Shown here: positions 55,313-61,778 of the stretch, piece by piece | Layout: each line of letters begins with the position of its first letter | Position numbering within the stretch: position 1 is the first letter of the stretch | Source: a virus | Taxonomy: Duplodnaviria > Caudoviricetes | IMG/VR virus record: IMGVR_UViG_3300025141_010303 | Location: 1 to 61,778 of that record | Length of the DNA stretch: 61,778 nt | Reading direction: 5' to 3' (one strand) | Notes under the pieces: model-generated | What the model was told of the DNA's origin: nothing | The model's database searches: none | Seen by the model: only the letters and a program-made list of their open reading frames with translations | Program-made: the position numbers and the translations under genes

Positions 55313-56690
55313 TACAAATACATCCTTCTACATCATCAAATTTTGTTCCTGCTGCATGAACTAAATCTTCTGGTTTTTCACCTATAAATTTAGACAATAT
55401 CAATTTACCACCTACCACTAATTCATCAACCACTTTTTTTATATCTCCATGTGGTGATGGAAGTCCATAATCATCAAATATGATAACTATGTCTTTACCA
55501 AATAACTTTAATGAATTTTCAACATCACTTTTCACTTGATAATATTCATGTCCAGCATCTATAAACACAACACCTACATCTTCTGGTAAGTAATCTTTCC
55601 AGTCATCTTTGTATAAATCCATCTTCACAAATTCTACATTATCTCTGTCTGAATTATTTTTATATGCTTGTTCTAAATTCCAATCATCCCATTCGACTGC
55701 TACAACTCTCTTAAAGATATGACTTAACATCCTTGTAGATTGACCTTGTGATGCTCCTATCTCTACTATTGTTTTATCTTTATATTTGTCAGTACCAAAT
55801 TCTTTCAATACATCTAATTTAAATTTCCTTGATGTGGTATATTTGGCTGTGTCTTTATGTAACATCTCGTCTAAAATCTTATCATATTTGACACTATCCA
55901 TGTTATAATTATTTCCAACTAAATCCCACGTCTGTTTGATAAGATTGCTCCTGTCATCTTTTAGTATTCCATTGAACACCCAATTATAACCATATTTTAT
56001 GAAAAATGGAGTCTTGTCATCTCCGTCTTGCCAATTGTGAGAAAATAACTCTTTCCTATGCATATGTGTTAATTTAAAAGCAGTCGGTAAATCTAAATTT
56101 AATTCAACATCATTCATCTGTAACCAATAATTAAAAGGTGTTTGTTCAGTTCCTTTTTTTACAATGTTATCTTGTAAATCAATAAATGTATCTATGTTGT
56201 CTAAATATAGTTTTTTAAATCCTTCAATCACCTCTCTATGAGTTTCATTAAAAATAATCACACCCGAACTTATATAACTATATTGGTCTAATTCAAAACC
56301 ATCAAAAAATTGTTTATATCCCTGAATGCTGTCATATATCCATCTCATATTATCTTTATCATTCCAACCAACAAACTTCCTATCTGTCAATTCAAATATA
56401 TTTGGAGCATCCCACTTAATCATACAACTACTGTCAGCTAAAAATATTTGGTCATAATCTATACCTCTCCTATCCAACTCATCAAATACAAATATTATCT
56501 TTTGCCAATTTGGTCTAAATCTAAATAAGTCATCTTCAACTGGTTCTGTAAATGGAACAAACAATACATCATTTCTTTCACACCAATATTCCCAAGATTT
56601 TCTGGTATATTCAAAATAATCATAATTGCCATATTTATGTGCATTTTCTTTATGAACAATAGCCGGCCACCATACCACATTTTTTTTCAT
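55302..56690 (-). CDS. Glycosyltransferase fused to class I SAM methyltransferase
   Basis: N-terminal GT-A (LADS, SSG, EQTPFN); C-terminal VEIGASQG, FIDAGHEY, IFDDY. Confidence 0.75.
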   Translation of the reverse strand: MKKNVVWWPAIVHKENAHKYGNYDYFEYTRKSWEYWCERNDVLFVPFTEPVEDDLFRFRPNWQKIIFVFDELDRRGIDYDQIFLADSSCMIKWDAPNIFELTDRKFVGWNDKDNMRWIYDSIQGYKQFFDGFELDQYSYISSGVIIFNETHREVIEGFKKLYLDNIDTFIDLQDNIVKKGTEQTPFNYWLQMNDVELNLDLPTAFKLTHMHRKELFSHNWQDGDDKTPFFIKYGYNWVFNGILKDDRSNLIKQTWDLVGNNYNMDSVKYDKILDEMLHKDTAKYTTSRKFKLDVLKEFGTDKYKDKTIVEIGASQGQSTRMLSHIFKRVVAVEWDDWNLEQAYKNNSDRDNVEFVKMDLYKDDWKDYLPEDVGVVFIDAGHEYYQVKSDVENSLKLFGKDIVIIFDDYGLPSPHGDIKKVVDELVVGGKLILSKFIGEKPEDLVHAAGTKFDDVEGCICNVK

Positions 56691-57856
56691 TTTTCAATTC
56701 CTTCATTAACAATTTCAATAATTTTAAATAATTCTGATTTAGTTAAGCGAGGGTGATTAGGTAGATAAAATCCATATTTATCAATTATTGAAACATTTGG
56801 TAATTCTAATTTACTATGTTCTTTAATATAAAATGGTTGTGTTCCCATTGAACCACATATCATAGGTCTAACCTCAATGTCATTTTCTTGTAAGTCTTTT
56901 ACAATTATATCTCTGTTAGGATGAACTACAGGATATGCAAAGTTTGAAATGAATGAATCTTTTTGTGGTTTAGCTTTCCAATAATCATTTACAATTAAAT
57001 TTTGATAAATATTAAAATTCTTCTCTCTTTTTTTACCCCAGTCATCTAATTTATCTATTTGATTCAAACCTATAAATGCTTGTAAGTCAGTAGACCTTAA
57101 ATTAAAACCTGGATAATAAAAAGTATACATAGCATCAAACTCTGAAACATTCCATTCTTTCTGTAGCTCAATTTGAGTTTCTTTCTTTAAATCTCTATCC
57201 CACCCATGACTTCTAAGTGAAACCAAAAGTTCATACAATTCTTCATCATCTGTAGATATAAACCCACCTTCTATTGTAGAAATATGATGACCAAAAAATG
57301 TAGAGAAAGATGACATCCTACCAAAAGTTCCAAGTTTCTTTCCTTTATATTCACACCCCATAGATTCACAAGCATCTTCCAATAACATGACATCGTATCT
57401 ATTACATAATTCAACTACTTTATCCATATTAGGAACTAACCCTAAAACAGAAACCATTATTAATACATCTGGATTTTTTCTCTGAAATATCTCTTCTAAA
57501 TGTTCCAAATCAACTGACAAGTCATCCATATTACAATCACACAACAATGGCATCATACCTAATTGCATTACAGGTGCCAAATCAGTAGCCCAAGCAACAG
57601 AAGGAACAACAACCGAGACTCTCGGTGGTGTATTCATATTTCTGTAATGACATTCCTTAAATGCAGATAACATCAAAAGATTAGCTGATGAACCAGAGTT
57701 ACAAAATACAGAATATTTTCTCCCTAACCATTTAGAATATTTTTTTTCTAACTGTAATGTAACAGGTCCCTTTGTTAATCTTGGATATGTTTTTAACCAG
57801 TCAACTAATTGATCAATATCTTTGTTATCTATTGTATCTTTTACTAAAGTTATCAT
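56687..57856 (-). CDS. colD: GDP-4-keto-6-deoxymannose 3-dehydratase (ColD-like DegT family)
   Basis: NSGSSANL, EDACES, FSTFFGHHISTIEGG with His in place of the PLP Lys, LRSHGW. Confidence 0.75.
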   Translation of the reverse strand: MITLVKDTIDNKDIDQLVDWLKTYPRLTKGPVTLQLEKKYSKWLGRKYSVFCNSGSSANLLMLSAFKECHYRNMNTPPRVSVVVPSVAWATDLAPVMQLGMMPLLCDCNMDDLSVDLEHLEEIFQRKNPDVLIMVSVLGLVPNMDKVVELCNRYDVMLLEDACESMGCEYKGKKLGTFGRMSSFSTFFGHHISTIEGGFISTDDEELYELLVSLRSHGWDRDLKKETQIELQKEWNVSEFDAMYTFYYPGFNLRSTDLQAFIGLNQIDKLDDWGKKREKNFNIYQNLIVNDYWKAKPQKDSFISNFAYPVVHPNRDIIVKDLQENDIEVRPMICGSMGTQPFYIKEHSKLELPNVSIIDKYGFYLPNHPRLTKSELFKIIEIVNEGIEK

Positions 57857-58724
57857 AAACTTTTTCTATTCCCACCTCTAATGATGTAAACTCAAAATTA
57901 CTCAACACAGATAACAATTTAGATGAATCAACATCTTTCCTGTATTGTCCATCAGGTTTACTGTTGTCATAATTTACAACTATTTTATCTTTTTTACAAG
58001 CTTTTTTTCCAATTTCTGCTATCTCATTTATACTGTAAACCTCTTTTGGAGATACATTAAAATTATCAACTATATTATTGTCAATCATATATTTAATAAC
58101 TCTCGCTAAATCACCACCATACATAAATTGTCTTAATGGTTTTCCCGTCCCCCACATAATTATCTGTTCATCATTTTCATATATTTTTCTAATCAACGCT
58201 GACACAAAATGACTATTATGTTCTCCATATTTATCATATTCACCATATAAATTACAGGGAATTAAATATGACCACTTCTTGTTATATTGTTTCACATATG
58301 AATCTATATGAGCAGCCATACATCTTTTGGCAAATCCATATGAAAAGTTAGTTGGAGTAGGTGGTCCATTAAATAATTCTTCTTCTTTCATTGGATATGT
58401 TTCTGACACATCTGGGTAGATACAAGTGCTTAACACAGCAATAACTTTTTCTACTTCAAATTCATGACAAACTTTTAAAATATTGGTATTCATTAAAACA
58501 TTTTCTTCAAGATAATCTACTGGATATTTCATATTGTCCATAATACCACCAACTCTAGCTGCTAAATGTATAACAAAATCTGGTTCATATTCATTTATCA
58601 TATCTCTAACTTCATCTATTCTTATCAAATTATAATCTTTGGAAGACATATAAATAGCTTCAGGTAAAATATCATTCAAATATTTCCCAACTAAACCACT
58701 ACCACCTGTAACTAATATTTTCAT
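57825..58724 (-). CDS. fcl: GDP-L-fucose synthase / ColC-like epimerase-reductase
   Basis: HLAARVGGI, STCIYP, YGFAKR, PCNLYG, WGTGKPLRQF, KPDGQ. Confidence 0.9.
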   Translation of the reverse strand: MKILVTGGSGLVGKYLNDILPEAIYMSSKDYNLIRIDEVRDMINEYEPDFVIHLAARVGGIMDNMKYPVDYLEENVLMNTNILKVCHEFEVEKVIAVLSTCIYPDVSETYPMKEEELFNGPPTPTNFSYGFAKRCMAAHIDSYVKQYNKKWSYLIPCNLYGEYDKYGEHNSHFVSALIRKIYENDEQIIMWGTGKPLRQFMYGGDLARVIKYMIDNNIVDNFNVSPKEVYSINEIAEIGKKACKKDKIVVNYDNSKPDGQYRKDVDSSKLLSVLSNFEFTSLEVGIEKVYDNFSKRYNR

Positions 58725-59410
58725 ATTATATTTTTCTCCCTCATTTCTTGAATTACATTTTCATCTAATGTTCTATGATATTCATTATCAAATCTAAAAT
58801 CCAATTCATCAAAATTTCCTCTTCTTATGGCTAACGATAAGTGTACTGGGAAATCAGAATTCAATCCTAAAATTCTATACCCATCTCCTCTAGATTCATT
58901 AGTGCCATTTATTTCAAACTCCCATGGTGTCATATTTGGTTTTAAATATTTTAACATAAATTTTTTATTCCAAATAGAATAAATACAAGATATTCTATAA
59001 TCAGAATCTTGTTTTAATTCGACAACATTATCTTCCACTGTAAAATAATATTTTCTACATACATCATTTGTTATATTTATACGGCCAACACCATCTACCA
59101 TATATGTTTCTAACTTTTGTAATGATGAGAAATTAACTGGATAAACCAAAAACATATCTTCAGTTGCATATACAAACCACTCATCATCAATTGATTTAAA
59201 ATAATCTCTTAAACCATCAGACCATTCTTTTGGATCATTTCTAGACACTCCCATAGAAACAAATTCAAAATTACTTGGTAGTTCAAAATCAGGTTCTTCA
59301 TAACCTAACACAACAACATCTTGTTGTTCTCCCCAAAATCTGTTAAATAGAAATGAAAATGGTTTTAAAAGCTGAAGATATTTATCTGATGTTGATATAT
59401 AAATTTTCAA
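58721..59410 (-). CDS. Hypothetical glycan-biosynthesis protein
   Basis: WS..L, EDMFL, SIW, TPWEFE family common in polysaccharide loci. Confidence 0.55.
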   Translation of the reverse strand: MKIYISTSDKYLQLLKPFSFLFNRFWGEQQDVVVLGYEEPDFELPSNFEFVSMGVSRNDPKEWSDGLRDYFKSIDDEWFVYATEDMFLVYPVNFSSLQKLETYMVDGVGRINITNDVCRKYYFTVEDNVVELKQDSDYRISCIYSIWNKKFMLKYLKPNMTPWEFEINGTNESRGDGYRILGLNSDFPVHLSLAIRRGNFDELDFRFDNEYHRTLDENVIQEMREKNII

Positions 59411-60156
59411 ATTAAATTCCTCATACTTTTTAATTCACTATAAATTGTTTCTACCTCATCATCATCATACATATTGTCACTGTTCTGATTTTTTTTATTC
59501 TTATCATATGTAAAAGTTCCACCTTTGATATTCAATTTATCAAAAAGATTCTTTACCTGACCATTAACATCACCATTAAAATCCAATAAGTATTTTGGTT
59601 TATCTGTATTTTTAAATGTATAAATGAGAGATTGATTAAATCGTTTCCAATAATTTAACATTGTGATATAACCTTCATCCATATTATCATCTGTATAGTA
59701 TACACCCAACAATTTCATATAAGATTCTACAACTTCTACTGGATTTCTGAATACACCTATAACTATATCACAATGTTTTATCCACATATCATGTAATACA
59801 GTTGTTCTCGGATCTTTAAATAACCAATAAGGATTGATATGTTCATTCCACCAAGAAGCACTGATTGTATTATCAACTCTGCTGTTCATGGTGTTGACAA
59901 ATTCTAATGATTTTTTCTGATATTCATCATTGACTACAATCTCATCATCTGGTAAAATACCATATGGAGTTTTACTTCTTGTTATGCCATTGTAATGCTT
60001 TTCTAAATAAGAATCATTTATTTTTCTAACATTCATATTTTCTAATGTACCTGGTGTACAATTTCCAGCATATACTTTATTAGAATGTAGCAAGTTGGAT
60101 AAAAAAGATGTTCCACTTCTACCACTACCTATTATTACTATACTTTTAGCTTCCAT
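59407..60156 (-). CDS. Sulfotransferase family protein
   Basis: GSGRSGTS PAPS-binding loop, FKDPR, RNPVEVVES. Confidence 0.75.
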   Translation of the reverse strand: MEAKSIVIIGSGRSGTSFLSNLLHSNKVYAGNCTPGTLENMNVRKINDSYLEKHYNGITRSKTPYGILPDDEIVVNDEYQKKSLEFVNTMNSRVDNTISASWWNEHINPYWLFKDPRTTVLHDMWIKHCDIVIGVFRNPVEVVESYMKLLGVYYTDDNMDEGYITMLNYWKRFNQSLIYTFKNTDKPKYLLDFNGDVNGQVKNLFDKLNIKGGTFTYDKNKKNQNSDNMYDDDEVETIYSELKSMRNLI

Positions 60157-60836
60157 TATAACTCCATATTTTCATATCTATGATGGTAACTCCGTGTGAT
60201 ATTGCCTACAAATGGATCCCATATTGAACCAAAGTCAATCATCCAACATTTATCACCAACTACTGAATGTAATTCATCAACTATAACATTTGTAGCCATC
60301 GATGCAGAGAAACCAAAAACTGGTTTGTCATACTTATCACACATGTCTATAACTTTTTCTTTTATACTGTCTTTTTCTAAAAAACAATCGACTGCAGGCA
60401 CCTCTATAAAATCAGCATATTTTACTGACAATCTCCGTTTGCTTTCTTCAGAAACTACTATAAAATCCATTTCTTCTAATTGTTTAATCAATGGATTTAA
60501 CTTACCTTTCATAGCTTCTTCTTCCCACACTCTTGCATCATGCCATTCACAGTCTATGTCATTCACTTCTATAAATTCTGTTATCAATGGGTTTATTCTT
60601 GAAAACATAGGAACTGTTAATGGCCAAGTGGCTTTGATATATCCCTTATCAACTACCAGTGCTTCTAACAAACCCCTTGACATTTCTGGAAAGTACTGGT
60701 GTCTATCTACATTATGTCCTTGTGCACCAAATACACAACCCCACTCTCCATCACCCCAACGAGTGAATGAAAACTTTTCATCTGATTTTAGTTTATCAAT
60801 ATAATATTGTAGAGAGTTAGTTTTTATGTTCATCAT
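60156..60836 (-). CDS. GT-D fold (DUF1792-like) glycosyltransferase
   Basis: FSFTRWGDGE and IDFGSIWD motifs. Confidence 0.7.
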   Translation of the reverse strand: MMNIKTNSLQYYIDKLKSDEKFSFTRWGDGEWGCVFGAQGHNVDRHQYFPEMSRGLLEALVVDKGYIKATWPLTVPMFSRINPLITEFIEVNDIDCEWHDARVWEEEAMKGKLNPLIKQLEEMDFIVVSEESKRRLSVKYADFIEVPAVDCFLEKDSIKEKVIDMCDKYDKPVFGFSASMATNVIVDELHSVVGDKCWMIDFGSIWDPFVGNITRSYHHRYENMEL

Positions 60837-60845
60837 GTATTGTCC

Positions 60846-61439
60846 TTAAAATTCATAATTAAAATATTCAATATCTTCTTTATAATATTCTTTCACAAAT
60901 TCCATTGTTTCTTTATCATACCAATCTCTATAATCAGGTCGTGATCTAAATGTATATGAGGGATTGACATGTATTAGTTCCTTATTTTTACCAAGTAATT
61001 TGTTAATTTCACCAAATGATTTTCCAAATTCCTCAAATCTTCCAATATAATCCATGTTAATAACCCCTTTACTATTTTTTAAAAAATCCATTGCAGTAAC
61101 TTTCAATTTGTCACCATCCGCAAATAAAGGAAATTCTTTAGCAAATACAACTTCTTTAAATGTTCTATCAATAAATTTTAAACGATCTGGTAACATATTT
61201 CTCTGGTAGGCACTAACTACTCTGTCCCAAGGATTTCTTACCATAGAAAAAAATTTAAAAGATGATGTGTCATGACCATGTTTGTCAAGTTTTTTTTCCC
61301 AATCTCTATAACATGCTAAATCTGTTCCATTCCTTTGATTTGGAAAAAAGCTTTTTTCCATAGTTTTACCACCACATTTTGGAATATGAATAAAAATATA
61401 TTTTTCTTTATCATTTACATTTTTACAAAAACATGCCAT
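60846..61439 (-). CDS. Sulfotransferase family 2 protein
   Basis: FIHIPKCGG, VRNPWDRVVS, IGRFE, YKEDIEYFNY. Confidence 0.85.
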   Translation of the reverse strand: MACFCKNVNDKEKYIFIHIPKCGGKTMEKSFFPNQRNGTDLACYRDWEKKLDKHGHDTSSFKFFSMVRNPWDRVVSAYQRNMLPDRLKFIDRTFKEVVFAKEFPLFADGDKLKVTAMDFLKNSKGVINMDYIGRFEEFGKSFGEINKLLGKNKELIHVNPSYTFRSRPDYRDWYDKETMEFVKEYYKEDIEYFNYEF

Positions 61440-61443
61440 ATCA

Positions 61444-61778
61444 TTAACCCTTATTTTTATTAAACTTAATAACTACCCATTGACTAACAGAACAATCTCC
61501 TATAGGGAATGGTTCTTCATAAATAATTTTTATTGGAATTTTACTATAATGAGAAACACCATTTTTAAAAGATTCATATTGTTTATAATTAAGTAATGTT
61601 ATAAAATAATCAAATTTCGATGATATCCCCTTTTCTAAATTTTCCATAAAAACTTTTAATTTATCATTATTGATGTCATTATCACCAGCAACCCTAAATA
61701 CGCCGGGAGAATGATATAAATTTAACATCAATGCCACATCACATTGAAAATCCAACTCCAGTAGTTCCATAAAATCTA
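61444..61778 (-). CDS. C-terminal part of a probable methyltransferase-like protein (truncated by the window edge)
   Basis: Open to the right edge; DFMEL...CDVALMLNLYH. Confidence 0.45.
   Translation of the reverse strand, partial: DFMELLELDFQCDVALMLNLYHSPGVFRVAGDNDINNDKLKVFMENLEKGISSKFDYFITLLNYKQYESFKNGVSHYSKIPIKIIYEEPFPIGDCSVSQWVVIKFNKNKG

Noticed and set aside
16-60804. Plus-strand ORFs in the track (e.g. 3877-4287, 23277-23735, 36987-37472, 45271-45696, 60196-60804)
   Set aside because: They lie antisense to well-supported minus-strand genes, have no recognisable motifs or RBS, and look like shadow ORFs
1-61778. Stop-codon reassignment (alternative genetic code)
   Set aside because: Full-length known proteins read correctly in code 11, and TAA, TAG and TGA all terminate genes at expected positions
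42848-61778. Bacterial chromosomal O-antigen locus (host contamination)
   Set aside because: Same strand, composition and tight packing as the phage genes, a phage promoter directly after ugd, and no wzx/wzy; chimerism cannot be fully excluded without reads

Overview
AT-rich (roughly 25-30% GC by eye), densely packed window from a large T4-like (myovirus-type, probably jumbo) bacteriophage. Essentially all real genes are on the minus strand. From left to right: (1) baseplate/structural genes (gp6-, gp25- and gp5-like) and a phage sigma-like factor, 1-7.7 kb; (2) DNA-modification and host-takeover genes, 8-22 kb: GT-B glycosyltransferase, ParB/PD-(D/E)xK protein, DUF4338/DruA-like, PhoH, a beta-barrel protein, a tmRNA, a fractured IMPDH gene with a naturally split intein and an intervening NUMOD3/Vsr-like homing endonuclease, a SET domain protein, peptide deformylase and Hsp20; (3) an accessory region, about 22-43 kb, holding 9 of the 12 near-identical TTGACT-N18-TATATT promoters found between 11 and 43 kb, with a vWA/MoxR pair, tandem Mom-like cassettes bounded by direct repeats, tRNAs, a non-canonical tRNA-Gly, a 6S-RNA-like rod, a DnaA-box cluster, a DUF2828 (Ro60/TROVE-like) gene followed by repeated small structured RNAs, and dUTPase; (4) a 19-kb nucleotide-sugar/glycosylation cluster, 42.8-61.8 kb, including gmd-colD-fcl/colC, WbqC and sulfotransferases. 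The most novel-looking signals are non-coding: the 6S-like RNA, the atypical tRNA-Gly, the DUF2828-associated RNAs, the Mom cassette repeats and leaderless uORFs. All calls come from motif recognition and manual base-pairing, with no database searches.
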